A DNA stretch of 64,000 nt from Maricaulis sp. (GCF_048270095.1 NZ_JBLWTL010000001.1:80544-144543); one strand, 5' to 3'. Shown: positions 48,829 to 59,221, counted from the first letter of the stretch. The notes: generated from the letters alone by a model not told the origin. Program-made: numbers and translations.

Positions 48829-48861
48829 CACCCGGATACCCTTGCCGGGCTAGAACGGGGC

Positions 48862-51279
48862 ATGACAAAACGCGCCGCATCCAAATCCGACACCGAAGCC
48901 CCGCAGCCGGGCCGAATCTGGCTGACCCGTGCGTCCGATCTGATCCTCGGTGGACTGATGCTGGTCAGCGGTGGCTTTCTGCTGACCGCCTTGCTGAGCC
49001 ATAACGCGCTCGATCCGAGCTGGAATGTCTCGGCCGAGGGTGATGTGCGCAATCTGATGGGCCGGCCTGGCGCCGGCTTCAGCGATGTCATGCTGCAATC
49101 ATTGGGCTGGTCAGCCGCCGGACCGGCGATCGCGCTGATCATCTGGGGCGGCGTGCTTCTGCTTCGACGGCCGCGGCGCCGCCCGGCGTCCATCGCCGGC
49201 TGGCGCTGGCTGGCTGCCGCGATCGGCACGACCGGATTTGCCGCGGCGGCCAGCGCACTCCCCCTGCCCAATGCCTGGCCCTTTGCCAGCGGGCTGGGCG
49301 GTGCACTCGGCGATATGGCGCTGGGCGGATTGCGCGGCTTGCCCGCCTCACTCGATCTGCCAGCGGCAACCGGTATCGGTGCGGCCTTCGGCCTGGTCTT
49401 CGCCATTGCCGGGATTTTCTTCACCTTCGGTCTGCGGTCGCGTGACCTCTCTGCGGCGTATGATGCGGCCGGCCTCGCCTGGGCGACCGTGCGCGTCTGG
49501 TTCGACGCCCTGCGCGGCCATGGCATGTCCCTGGCCCGCTTGCTGAGCGATACCGGCACACGGAGTGATGCCCGCGATGAGATCATCCGCGAAGAACCGG
49601 TCCTGCGCCGGGCCATGCGGGCCGCCGACGGGGATCATGGCGATGAGCACGAGCTCGACGACGCGCCACAACCCGCCTTCAGTTCAAGCGTCAAGGTCGC
49701 CCCGACCCGGCGCTCGGCCACCTCAGAACGCGATCACCGCGAGGCCCAGGGCTCCCTGGCGTTTGCCAGGACCCAGGGCTTCAAACTGCCGCGTCTCGAC
49801 CTTCTCGCCAAACCACAACAGCGAAATGGCGCCGTCGATGAGCTTTCCCTGCGCCAGAATGCGGTGCTGCTGCAGGGCGTACTGACTGATTTCGGGGTCA
49901 AGGGCGAGATCGTCCAGGTCCGCCCGGGTCCGGTTGTGACCCTGTATGAGTTCGAGCCCGCTCCCGGGGTGAAATCCTCACGCGTGATCAATCTGGCCGA
50001 TGATATCGCCCGCTCCATGAGCACCACCGCAGCGCGCGTGGCTGTCGTGCCCGGACGCAATGCAATCGGCATCGAACTGCCCAATCCCAAGCGCGAAACC
50101 GTCTTCCTGCGCGCGCTGCTGAATTCGAAAGTGTTCGAGGAGAGCAAGGCCGAGCTTCCAATGGCGCTGGGCGAGACGATCGGCGGCGAGCCCTTTGTCG
50201 CTGATCTGGCGCGCATGCCCCACCTGCTGATCGCCGGAACCACCGGTTCGGGTAAATCCGTGGGTATCAATGCGATGATCCTGTCCCTGCTCTACCGGCT
50301 GCCGCCGGAAGATTGCCGCATGATCATGATCGACCCGAAAATGCTGGAATTATCCGTCTATGACGGCATTCCACACCTGTTGACCCCGGTCGTCACCGAT
50401 CCGAAAAAAGCCATCGTGGCGCTGAAATGGGCCGTCCGCGAGATGGAAAGCCGCTATTTGCGGATGTCGAAGATCGGCGTGCGCAATCTGGCCGGCTTCA
50501 ATGAACGCGTCGCGGTTGCCGAGGCAGCCGGCGAGCCGCTCTCACGCACAGTCCAGACCGGCTATGACCGCGAAAGCGGCGAACCGATCTTCGAGACCGA
50601 GATTATCCAGGCCGAGAAAATGCCCTATATCGTCGTGGTGATCGACGAAATGGCCGATCTGATGATGGTCGCGGGCAAGGAAATCGAGGCCGCCGTCCAG
50701 CGCCTGGCGCAAATGGCGCGTGCGGCGGGCATTCATGTCGTGATGGCAACCCAGCGCCCCTCGGTCGATGTCATCACCGGCACGATCAAGGCCAATTTCC
50801 CGACCCGGATCTCCTATTCGGTGACCTCGAAAATCGACAGCCGCACCATCCTTGGCGAGCAGGGCGCCGAACAGCTGCTCGGCATGGGTGACCTGCTTTA
50901 TATGGCCGGTGGCGGACGTCTGCGGCGCTTGCACGGACCCTTCGTCTCAGACACCGAGGTCGAGGAAGTCGCTGCCTATCTCAAGAAACAGGGCGCGCCG
51001 GAATATCTCGATGCCGTCACGGCCGACAGCGATGATGGCGAGAGCGGCGCCCTGGGGCTGGACGGCGAGGCCAGTAGCGGCGATGCGTTGTTCGATCAGG
51101 CCATTGCCCTGGTCGCGCGCGACCGCAAATGCTCCACCAGCTATATCCAGCGCCGCTTGCAGATCGGATATAATCGCGCGGCAACCCTGGTCGAGCGCAT
51201 GGAAGAGGAGGGCATGATTGGCCCGTCCGACCACGCCGGACGCCGCGAAATCTACCTGCCCGAACACAATGTGGCGTGA
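48862..51279 (+). CDS. ftsK: DNA translocase FtsK
   Basis: N-terminal TM segments; [36 protein letters not shown], gamma domain [17 protein letters not shown]. Confidence 0.99.
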   Translation: MTKRAASKSDTEAPQPGRIWLTRASDLILGGLMLVSGGFLLTALLSHNALDPSWNVSAEGDVRNLMGRPGAGFSDVMLQSLGWSAAGPAIALIIWGGVLLLRRPRRRPASIAGWRWLAAAIGTTGFAAAASALPLPNAWPFASGLGGALGDMALGGLRGLPASLDLPAATGIGAAFGLVFAIAGIFFTFGLRSRDLSAAYDAAGLAWATVRVWFDALRGHGMSLARLLSDTGTRSDARDEIIREEPVLRRAMRAADGDHGDEHELDDAPQPAFSSSVKVAPTRRSATSERDHREAQGSLAFARTQGFKLPRLDLLAKPQQRNGAVDELSLRQNAVLLQGVLTDFGVKGEIVQVRPGPVVTLYEFEPAPGVKSSRVINLADDIARSMSTTAARVAVVPGRNAIGIELPNPKRETVFLRALLNSKVFEESKAELPMALGETIGGEPFVADLARMPHLLIAGTTGSGKSVGINAMILSLLYRLPPEDCRMIMIDPKMLELSVYDGIPHLLTPVVTDPKKAIVALKWAVREMESRYLRMSKIGVRNLAGFNERVAVAEAAGEPLSRTVQTGYDRESGEPIFETEIIQAEKMPYIVVVIDEMADLMMVAGKEIEAAVQRLAQMARAAGIHVVMATQRPSVDVITGTIKANFPTRISYSVTSKIDSRTILGEQGAEQLLGMGDLLYMAGGGRLRRLHGPFVSDTEVEEVAAYLKKQGAPEYLDAVTADSDDGESGALGLDGEASSGDALFDQAIALVARDRKCSTSYIQRRLQIGYNRAATLVERMEEEGMIGPSDHAGRREIYLPEHNVA

Positions 51280-51336
51280 CGCACAAATGAACGTCGAGGC
51301 CTTGCTCGCGCCGCAATCACACGGCAGTTTGGCGTC

Positions 51337-52056
51337 ATGATTACACACCTGATTTCCGCCCTGCTCCTGCAGGCATCGCCAGCCGCAGCCGATGCGCTGC
51401 CGGAACCCGCATCCGTGCAGGCAGAGGCCGTGCAGCCGCAGACCATGCAGCCAGAAGCCGGGCCGGCTGAGACCGCGCCAGCCGGGGCCGCGCAGCCGGC
51501 CTTCGACCGCGCCACCGCGATTGCCGACGTCAATACCTATCTCAACGCGATCACTACACTGCGGGCACACTTTATCCAGATCTCGCCCAATGGCAGCGCC
51601 GCGCGCGGGATCGTGTCGATCGCGCGTCCGGGACGCCTGCTGTTCGAATATGATGATCCCTCACCAATCCGGGTGATTGCCGACGGCACGACCGTGGCGC
51701 TCGAGGATCGGGCCCTGGAAACGGTTGATCGCGTACCTCTGCGCTCGACCCCGCTCTGGTGGTTGCTGAAATCCGATATCGACATCGCCAATGATGCCGA
51801 GATCGTCGATATTCGCAGTGAATACGGCTTCCTGTCCGTGATTGTCCGCGACCCGGATGGCGAGATGGATGGTGATATCGAATTTGTGTTTGCCCGGCCA
51901 GAACTCGAACTACGCGAATGGTTCGTGACCGATGCCCTCGGCGAAGTCACCCGTGTCAGCCTGCTGGAAACCGAGACGGGTCTGGCATTGAACCCGCGAC
52001 TCTTCTCAATTCCCGAGCCGGAAAGCCGGCGGGATTCCCGGCGCGGACGACGCTGA
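51337..52056 (+). CDS. lolA: Outer-membrane lipoprotein carrier LolA
   Basis: YLNAITTLRAHFIQ, IARPGRLLFEYD, VIADG, STPL..LL; follows ftsK. Confidence 0.88.
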   Translation: MITHLISALLLQASPAAADALPEPASVQAEAVQPQTMQPEAGPAETAPAGAAQPAFDRATAIADVNTYLNAITTLRAHFIQISPNGSAARGIVSIARPGRLLFEYDDPSPIRVIADGTTVALEDRALETVDRVPLRSTPLWWLLKSDIDIANDAEIVDIRSEYGFLSVIVRDPDGEMDGDIEFVFARPELELREWFVTDALGEVTRVSLLETETGLALNPRLFSIPEPESRRDSRRGRR

Positions 52057-52140
52057 TCGCTGCGGCATTTTGACCACAGGCAATACCTTTCTAATATTTT
52101 ATTTGTATATTTTTTCCAGCCGTGGCGTTATTACTACGCT

Positions 52141-52293
52141 GACTGAGAAGAGATGGATCGGCTTCGTCCCCCCGCTTGCGGATCCAAAACTCAGTTGCGT
52201 CGGCTAGATCCCCTCCCGGCGCTGCGACGATACAAATCGCGCACAGCATAGCGCCCGGTCTCTCCCCCCCTTGAGACCGGGCGCTTTTCGTTT
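52141..52293 (+). ncRNA. Candidate sRNA: three hairpins with C-rich loops ending in an intrinsic terminator
   Basis: Stems ACTGAG/CTCAGT plus GGATC/GATCC (loop contains CGTCCCCCC), GCGTCGG/CCGGCGC (loop contains TCCCCTC), and a 13-bp terminator with loop TCCCCCCCTT. An AT-rich promoter-like tract lies upstream. Confidence 0.55.
52250..52293 (+). terminator. Intrinsic terminator
   Basis: AGCGCCCGGTCTC-TCCCCCCCTT-GAGACCGGGCGCT followed by TTTCGTTT. Confidence 0.85.
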
Positions 52294-52356
52294 CAGCCCA
52301 GCCTCATACCGGCATTTCCGCTGTGCAGCCCGCTGATTGGGGGTTAAACAACCGGC

Positions 52357-52965
52357 ATGCAATTTCATGACGATTCCGACGACGTTGATTTCACACGTCT
52401 GCTCGAGGAAATTCCCCTGCTCTACAAGGCACGCGCCTTTGCCGAGAGCCTGAACGCCAATACCTGGTTCTCCCGGCTCGGCGAACCGCTTGATCCGCGC
52501 GATCGCACCCTGGCCCGGGCTTATCTCGACGGGCTGGGCTTTCCGGAAGCCGAACCGGCCCTGCTGTCCGACTGGAGCGAGGCGGCCATCGCCGCTGAAA
52601 GCCTCGATCGCGATCCGGTCGGCTGGGAAGCCGAGGAAATGTTGCGAGCGGGACTGATTACGCGCGTGCTGGAGCGTCTCGACGAGGAAGCCGTCAATGT
52701 CGCCTTGTCCCAGGTCGGCAGCAAAACCCATGATTCCTCGCGCGATGCGGTCGAGGAGGCCGCGTCAATCGATGATATCGAGGATATGGAACTCGTCCAT
52801 GCCGCTGCCGGGGCGCTGGCCCAGGCGGCCAATGGCGCCGCGCTCGTGATCATGGCGGAAGCGGAAGATGAGGATCCTCCTCACCCCTTCCTGGCGCGCT
52901 GGCGTCTGTTTGCCCGCGGCCGTTGGCCTGTCGGGCTCGCCGGTGCCAGCTATAATATTCTCTGA
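52357..52965 (+). CDS. Acidic hypothetical protein (202 aa)
   Basis: Clean ORF with genome-typical codon use; NTWFSRLGEPL and GRWPVG motifs; upstream of xth. Confidence 0.75.
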   Translation: MQFHDDSDDVDFTRLLEEIPLLYKARAFAESLNANTWFSRLGEPLDPRDRTLARAYLDGLGFPEAEPALLSDWSEAAIAAESLDRDPVGWEAEEMLRAGLITRVLERLDEEAVNVALSQVGSKTHDSSRDAVEEAASIDDIEDMELVHAAAGALAQAANGAALVIMAEAEDEDPPHPFLARWRLFARGRWPVGLAGASYNIL

Positions 52966-52989
52966 TCAGTCCGACGAAAGAACACAGCC

Positions 52990-53802
52990 ATGAGCGGTAT
53001 CTCGATAGCGACCTGGAATATCAATTCCGTGCGTCTGCGCGCACCCAGCGTAGCGGCCTGGGTCGCGGAGGCCGATCCGGACGTATTATGCCTGCAGGAA
53101 ATCAAATGCCTGAGCGAGCAATTCCCCGAGGACGCTTTCCGCGAGATGGGCTTTCGACATTTTCACGTCCGCGGACAGAAGGGCATGCATGGCGTGGCGA
53201 TCGCGTCAAAACTCCCGCTCGAGGATCTGCCCGACGAGGATTTATGCCCGCGCTCGGAAGCCCGGCATCAGCGGGTCGGCGTGGCCGGCTTTGAATTGCA
53301 CAATTTCTATATCCCGGCCGGCGGCGACGAGCCGGATCCGGCGATCAATCCTCGCTTTGCGCACAAGCTGGAATTCCTCGACAAGCTGGAAAGCTATTTC
53401 GCCGGCCGCGCGGCGGCGAAGACACCCCTCGTTCTGGTCGGTGATTTCAATATCGCGCCTTATGAACATGATGTCTGGTCGCACAAGCAATTGCTCAAGG
53501 TGATCAGCCACACGCCGGTCGAGGTCGATGCCCTGGAACGAATTCGCCAGGCTGGCCGGTTCAGCGATGTCGCGCGCGAACTCATCCCGATGGATGAGAA
53601 GATCTACACCTGGTGGAGTTACCGCGCCAAGGATTGGAAAGCCGCCAATCGCGGCCGCCGACTCGACCATATCTGGGTCTCGCCAGAGCTGCATGACCAG
53701 GCCGTCGCCGGGGGGCGCGACGCCCTCAAGGTCTGGGATAATGTACGCAGCTGGGAAGAGCCCTCCGACCACGCGCCCGTGGTCCTCGAACTCAAGCTGT
53801 AG
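52990..53802 (+). CDS. xth: Exodeoxyribonuclease III family AP endonuclease
   Basis: ATWNINSVR, LCLQEIK, GDFNIAP, YTWWSYR, GRRLDHIW, SDHAPV. Confidence 0.95.
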   Translation: MSGISIATWNINSVRLRAPSVAAWVAEADPDVLCLQEIKCLSEQFPEDAFREMGFRHFHVRGQKGMHGVAIASKLPLEDLPDEDLCPRSEARHQRVGVAGFELHNFYIPAGGDEPDPAINPRFAHKLEFLDKLESYFAGRAAAKTPLVLVGDFNIAPYEHDVWSHKQLLKVISHTPVEVDALERIRQAGRFSDVARELIPMDEKIYTWWSYRAKDWKAANRGRRLDHIWVSPELHDQAVAGGRDALKVWDNVRSWEEPSDHAPVVLELKL

Positions 53803-53845
53803 CAGCCTGCTGTCCGCAAGTCGGCCGGGCCAGGCCCGATAATCC

Positions 53846-54532
53846 TCAGTGGACCAGTCTATAGCCACCGCTCTCGGTGACCAGAAGGCGGGCATGCGAC
53901 GGATCGGCTTCGATTTTCTGACGCAGGCGATAGATATGGGTTTCCAGCGTGTGGGTCGTCACCGCCGGATTATAACCCCAGACCTCATGTAACAATTCCT
54001 CCCGCGGCACCGCCTTGGCGCCAGCGCGGTAGAGATATTTCAGGATATTGGTCTCTTTCTCCGTCAGACGGACCTTCTTCTGATCCGCCGTCAGCAAGAG
54101 CTTCATGGACGGGCGAAATTCATAGGGCCCGACCTGGAAGACCGCGTCCTCGCTTTGCTCGTGGCTGCGCAAATGCGCCCGTACCCGGGCCAGAAGGACA
54201 GAGAACTTGAAGGGCTTGGTGACATAGTCATTCGCGCCGGATTCCAGACCGAGTATCTGGTCGGAATCGGTGTTCTGGCCAGTCAGCATGACGATCGGGG
54301 CCGTGATGCCGTTCTTGCGCATCAGCCGGCAGGCATCGCGGCCATCCATATCAGGCAGATCAACGTCCAGCAGAATCAGATCGGCGCGTTGATCCCGCGC
54401 CGTCGTCATTCCTTCACCAGCGGACCCTGCCGCCAGCGTTTGAAACTCTTCATGTAAATCGAATTGTTCGACCAGGGCTTCGCGAAGGTCATCGTCATCA
54501 TCGACGATCAGGATGGTTTTTCTTGAGCTCAT
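53846..54532 (-). CDS. Orphan OmpR-family response regulator
   Basis: ILIVDDD, LLDVDLP, GANDYVTKPF, winged helix VWGYNP.VTTHTLETHIYRLRQK. Confidence 0.95.
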   Translation of the reverse strand: MSSRKTILIVDDDDDLREALVEQFDLHEEFQTLAAGSAGEGMTTARDQRADLILLDVDLPDMDGRDACRLMRKNGITAPIVMLTGQNTDSDQILGLESGANDYVTKPFKFSVLLARVRAHLRSHEQSEDAVFQVGPYEFRPSMKLLLTADQKKVRLTEKETNILKYLYRAGAKAVPREELLHEVWGYNPAVTTHTLETHIYRLRQKIEADPSHARLLVTESGGYRLVH

Positions 54533-54790
54533 CTGGCCGATCATGCCGATTTCCCGGCGCAAGGCAAATCCTGCCCACCGGCAAGTCCAACCCGGCAATT
54601 TTTGCCGGGTTGCGGGGTTATGCCCTTGTGGCAAGCCTCTGATTTATGGCCTGATTATTGCTTCCATCGGATTGAGTCCGTGCTGCGGACACCCAGCCGT
54701 GGTGGGGAAGGCGAAGGGGACGCCAGGCGTGGCCAATGGTCATGATTAGGCGTCCCTCGCCGACCATCCGGCACTGTTCGAGGGCTTGCC

Positions 54791-55294
54791 ATGGACTGGA
54801 TGGTCTCAGGATCAGGCTCAATGGAGCTGGCCGGCAAACGCGTTCGCGCTGCGCTCGGCCGGGCGGGAATTTGCCCGCAAAACTCAAAGCAGGAAGGCGA
54901 TGGCGCCACCCCGACTGGCCGCTACGCCCTGCGCCGAATTCTCTATCGCGCTGACCGGATGACGCCGCCAGAGTCAGCCTTGCCATCCCGTCCCATCCGC
55001 ACCGATGATGGCTGGTGCGACGATCCATTGGACGCTGCCTATAACCGGCCGGTCCGACTGCCTTACGCGGCCTCTCATGAGACACTTTTCCGTGAGGATG
55101 GGCTTTATGATCTCATCCTGGTGTTGGGCCATAATGATGATCCCCCCGTTGCAGGGGCGGGCTCGGCGATTTTCCTGCATTGCAAGCGGGGCGATTATGA
55201 ACCGACCGAGGGCTGCGTCGCGCTTGATCCGGCCGATGTCAAATGGCTGTTGTCAAAGGCGAAGCCGGGCGATGACCTGGTGATCGAGGCCTAG
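54791..55294 (+). CDS. L,D-transpeptidase-like (YkuD family) protein
   Basis: KQEGDGATPTG, GWCDDP...YNRPV, GSAIFLH...PTEGCVAL. Confidence 0.88.
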   Translation: MDWMVSGSGSMELAGKRVRAALGRAGICPQNSKQEGDGATPTGRYALRRILYRADRMTPPESALPSRPIRTDDGWCDDPLDAAYNRPVRLPYAASHETLFREDGLYDLILVLGHNDDPPVAGAGSAIFLHCKRGDYEPTEGCVALDPADVKWLLSKAKPGDDLVIEA

Positions 55295-55965
55295 TCGCGG
55301 GCGCCGAAAAAGGCCGTGCCGATACGCACCGAGCTCGCACCCAGCGCGATGGCCGTTTCGAAATCAGCACTCATGCCCATGGACAGCTCTTTCAAGCCGT
55401 TCTCACGCGCCAGCTTGGCCAGCAAGGCAAAATGCAGACCCGCGGGCTCCGCCGTCGGCGGAATACACATCAACCCCTCGACGCGCAGACCATGCTCACC
55501 GCGCATCCGGGCGAGGAATCCGGGCAGCTCTGCCGGCGCGATTCCAGCCTTTTGCGCCTCTTCACCGGTATTGACCTGGACCAGAAGACGCGGTGTCCGG
55601 CCCGTCACGGTCATCGCCTTGCGCAGGGCAATGGCCAGCTTGTCCCGATCAAGGGTTTCAATGACATCGAACAGCTCGACCGCGTCCTGGGCCTTATTGC
55701 TCTGGAGCGGGCCAATCAGGCGCAGTTCGAGATCGGCAAGACGCGTTCGCCGCCCGGACCAGTGCTCGAACGCCTCCTGGACGCGGTTTTCGCCGAAAAC
55801 GCGCTGCCCGGCCTCAAGGGCGGCGGCGATGGCCTCATCGTTCTGACGTTTCGAGACTGCGACCAGGCTGATATCGGACGGATTGCGTCCGGCCTGTTGC
55901 GCAGCCGCGCCAAGCTGTGCGAGCAAGTGAGTGCGGCGTGCCGCGATATCGGGAGATATATCCAT
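55291..55965 (-). CDS. yggS: YggS/PLPBP pyridoxal-phosphate homeostasis protein
   Basis: LVAVSK, FGENRVQE, IGPLQSNK, GLMCIPP, LSMGMSADFE.AI..GAS.VRIGTAFFG. Confidence 0.95.
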   Translation of the reverse strand: MDISPDIAARRTHLLAQLGAAAQQAGRNPSDISLVAVSKRQNDEAIAAALEAGQRVFGENRVQEAFEHWSGRRTRLADLELRLIGPLQSNKAQDAVELFDVIETLDRDKLAIALRKAMTVTGRTPRLLVQVNTGEEAQKAGIAPAELPGFLARMRGEHGLRVEGLMCIPPTAEPAGLHFALLAKLARENGLKELSMGMSADFETAIALGASSVRIGTAFFGARD

Positions 55966-56578
55966 GACGCGGCCATATGATGCACAGCTCGGCTTGGCAA
56001 GACTGGCGCAGCGGGTTCGCGGCAGTCTACGCACAGATTTGCCGGCCCTGTTTGCACTGACCGATCCGGTCAGAACCCCGGATCCGCTCGACTTTGCCAG
56101 CCGGCTCGCGCCGGGAAGCGGCCTGGTCTTTCGTCATTTCGGCGCACCTGAGCGGTTTCACACCGGAGCGGCACTCGCTGAACTGGCCGCGGCGCGGGGC
56201 CTCCATCTCTTCGTCTCGAGTGATTGCGAACTCGCCGATTTGATCGGCGCTCACGGCATTCACTGGCCGGAACGCGATCTGGGCAAGGCCTGGGCGCGGC
56301 GGCTGCGCGGAGACCGTCGCCCGTTTACCGCGTCAGTCCATTCGCCGGCCGCCAGCACGCGCGCGGCCCGGGCCGGGATTGACGGTGTGTTTCATTCAAC
56401 CGTGTTTGCCAGCCAGAGCGCGACGGCCAGCCGCCCGCACGGGATCCACGCTGCAGCCGCCCTCGCACGCAATGTCGACTTGGCGGTCTATCCGCTGGGC
56501 GGCGTCAATGCAGACACGGGCCGGCGATTGATCGGATTGGGATTTGCCGGATTTTGCTGCGTCGGCGCCCTGGCCTGA
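55964..56578 (+). CDS. Thiamine-phosphate synthase/TenI family protein
   Basis: LTDP.R, LVFRH, GIHWPE, TASVH, STVF.S.S, VYPLGGV; conserved neighbour of yggS. Confidence 0.75.
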   Translation: MTRPYDAQLGLARLAQRVRGSLRTDLPALFALTDPVRTPDPLDFASRLAPGSGLVFRHFGAPERFHTGAALAELAAARGLHLFVSSDCELADLIGAHGIHWPERDLGKAWARRLRGDRRPFTASVHSPAASTRAARAGIDGVFHSTVFASQSATASRPHGIHAAAALARNVDLAVYPLGGVNADTGRRLIGLGFAGFCCVGALA

Positions 56579-56596
56579 GACTGGAAGTCCCGGAGA

Positions 56597-57064
56597 CTAG
56601 AAGCGCAGCGCCGATTCAAACTTGATCTCGGGCTGACGTGCATCGCTTTCCATCAAGCGGAACATCGGGTCTTCCGGAGAAATCAGGCGAACCTGGCCAC
56701 CAAGGCGAAAACGGTCACCCAGATTGATGAAGGCACCGGCGCTGAGGTCGTTAAGTTCATTGCGGACATCCGGACCTTCCTGGATGCCGACACGAACACC
56801 CCAACGACCGCCAGGGGATTCCCAGTCGACGGTGTTTTCCAGATCGAGACCTGGCAGCATGCGCTCATTCATCGACAGGGTGAAAGCTTCGTACCAGGGC
56901 GTATCAACGCCGACTGCGTCGACCGGCGCCGCAGACTGGATCTGCGCTTCTTCCGCAGAATCCTGAGCGAAAGCGCCGGGTGCAAGAGTGAGCATTGCCG
57001 TTGCGACCGCAGCAGCGATCGCAGTCTTGGTCATCGAGATCCGGCAATTTCCCCACTTGGACAT
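56597..57064 (-). CDS. ntrZ: NtrZ-like periplasmic regulatory protein
   Basis: Signal peptide; GRWGV, LSAGAF...RFRLGGQV, C-terminal PEIKFESALRF; position next to porin/DUF3576/leuS as I recall for Caulobacter. The start may be 57064 (AAGGGAG RBS) or 57034. Confidence 0.6.
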   Translation of the reverse strand: MSKWGNCRISMTKTAIAAAVATAMLTLAPGAFAQDSAEEAQIQSAAPVDAVGVDTPWYEAFTLSMNERMLPGLDLENTVDWESPGGRWGVRVGIQEGPDVRNELNDLSAGAFINLGDRFRLGGQVRLISPEDPMFRLMESDARQPEIKFESALRF

Positions 57065-57167
57065 GGAACTACACTCCCTTGGTCCATCAAACTACAGAAA
57101 GCGCCCGGACTCCCCAAGCGGATTCTACCGGCGTCGCAAAAGAATCCGTCGAGCTGTGGCGGATATG

Positions 57168-58415
57168 TCAAAACTGCCAGCCAAGCTCGGCGAAAACTGC
57201 AGTTCCGCTGAGCTCGATTTGCGCCCGTCCCAAGGGCGTGGCGACCGGTTCATCCCGGCTGGCCGCCTGGATACCGCCGCCCAGAACCCAGCGCTCGCCA
57301 ATCAGGCGCGACGCGCTCAATTGCAGGGTCTGACCGTCAACATGGACCAGATCATCGCTGAACCGCGCCAGCTCGAACGCCGTCAGCCAGGCGCCGTATT
57401 CATAGGCCGCCGACACCGACCAGGCCTCATAAGCGCCATCAGCGGCGATGCCATTGTTTGACCGCAGCCAGCGCGCGCCGGCACTGACCGGGCCCCGGCT
57501 CCAGTGAAAGCCGGCATCCTGCGTCCTCACACCGGTGAAACCGGCTATGCCGGTCGCCTCCGCGCCGTCGCTGAATCCGAGGCTGAAAGCGAATTCATTC
57601 TCGCCGCGCAAAATTTCATAGCGGGCGCCAAATTCCCACACATTATCGAATACCGGGCTCACCAGACCAGCCGGTCCGGCCTGCCAGGCGCAATGATCGA
57701 CACCGCAGTCGCGGATACGGGGGGTGAAGGATGAGGCTATACGTAGAGAACCAACGCTGGACGATTGGCCTATAGCAATAGAGCGGTAGACCAGCTTGAA
57801 TGCATTGCCAGAGCTGAGATTGCGCGTCCGCGCCCCGCTAAGTCCGGTCAGATCGACCCGGCCGCCATCAGCCCGGCTCAGACGAAAGGCCGACGGTCCG
57901 CGCTCCGGATCAAGGTCGGCCGCGCCCGCGCCATAGCCAACGCGAACTTCGCCCCAGCCAATATCAAGGAACCCATAGCCGGATTGCAGGGCAAGCCGTA
58001 CCCCGCCCCCGGACTCACTCACGCCAGACTGAAAACCGGAAACGCCAGCACGGACAGCCCGCCCCGAGCCCTCGACCAGGGCCGACGCGCAATCAACAGA
58101 CCCGGCCGGGCAATGACCGACCCGCCCGCCCCAGCCTCGCCGTCCGGAATCCTGCTCGACACGGCCACCCAGGACAAAACCCCAGCGGCGGCCGGAATCC
58201 GTAAAGGATTCAAAGGCAAGTTCAGCATCAATGTCGTAGAGAAATTCGCCGGAAGGGGCCGCATCATTGCCGGCAAGCCAGACAGCCCCGATATCAATCC
58301 GGACCTCGGCCTGGCCACCATCAGTCGAATTCAAGATCGATTGAGAGAAAGCCGGCGGGCCCGCGAGTGCTCCGGACAGAGCGGCGACAATGATCGCGCT
58401 GGAAGTCCGTTTCAT
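57168..58415 (-). CDS. Outer-membrane porin-like beta-barrel
   Basis: Signal peptide, amphipathic strands, C-terminal ELGWQF BAM signal. Confidence 0.75.
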   Translation of the reverse strand: MKRTSSAIIVAALSGALAGPPAFSQSILNSTDGGQAEVRIDIGAVWLAGNDAAPSGEFLYDIDAELAFESFTDSGRRWGFVLGGRVEQDSGRRGWGGRVGHCPAGSVDCASALVEGSGRAVRAGVSGFQSGVSESGGGVRLALQSGYGFLDIGWGEVRVGYGAGAADLDPERGPSAFRLSRADGGRVDLTGLSGARTRNLSSGNAFKLVYRSIAIGQSSSVGSLRIASSFTPRIRDCGVDHCAWQAGPAGLVSPVFDNVWEFGARYEILRGENEFAFSLGFSDGAEATGIAGFTGVRTQDAGFHWSRGPVSAGARWLRSNNGIAADGAYEAWSVSAAYEYGAWLTAFELARFSDDLVHVDGQTLQLSASRLIGERWVLGGGIQAASRDEPVATPLGRAQIELSGTAVFAELGWQF

Positions 58416-58682
58416 ACCTCGCGGTCCCGCCGTTCGGCCCCGTCCCCCCGGACGTCGCGCCGTTAATGGATGCGAGAGACCGCCTCCGGTCAAGCGCCAC
58501 AAACCCTTGAACAATGGGTTCCTGGTCACATGTTGCACACATGCCACGCTCATTCGGGTGCCTTTCAGCGCTGGCGTGACACAAATCGCGTGTTATACAC
58601 ACCTTCCCGATACGCCTGAGCTTGCAAGATTCGAGTGTGTGGGGAGTGTTTTCGCCGTCTTGCATTGAAGGAGTTACGGCAC

Positions 58683-59183
58683 ATGTCCGACAGTCGGATT
58701 CTCGGTGCGGCCCTGCTTGCCGCCCTCCTGTTTCTCCCTGCCTGTTCAACCCAGGGCAATACCAGCGCCAGCGCTCAAACGGATCAGCGCTCATCCGGCT
58801 TCCAGCTGCCGAGCTTGCCGAACCCGCTTCGCAGCAACCGTCCGGTTGAACCGGAAGGTATTGGCGTCAATGGGTATTTGTGGCGCGCCAGCCTGGACAC
58901 GATCAGCTTCATGCCGCTCTCCGAGGTCGACCCGTTCGGCGGCGTCATCATCACGGACTGGTATGCCAATCCGCAGATGACCACTGAGCGTTTCAAGCTG
59001 ACGGTCTATATCCTCGATACGCGCCTGCGTGCCGACGCGCTTGCGGTCAATGTGTTCCGCCAGGTTCGCGAAGAGACCGGTGGCTGGATTGATGCAGAGA
59101 CCAACCCGCAAACCGCCTACGAAATCGAAAACGCTATCCTGACCCGAGCTCGCCAGCTGCGCATCGCGCGACTGGAAGATTAG
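58683..59183 (+). CDS. DUF3576 lipoprotein
   Basis: Lipobox LPAC; [32 protein letters not shown]; AAGGAG RBS. Confidence 0.92.
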   Translation: MSDSRILGAALLAALLFLPACSTQGNTSASAQTDQRSSGFQLPSLPNPLRSNRPVEPEGIGVNGYLWRASLDTISFMPLSEVDPFGGVIITDWYANPQMTTERFKLTVYILDTRLRADALAVNVFRQVREETGGWIDAETNPQTAYEIENAILTRARQLRIARLED

Positions 59184-59221
59184 GGCACCGGGTACGCGGT
59201 CAAACGCTGCGAGCCAAGCCT

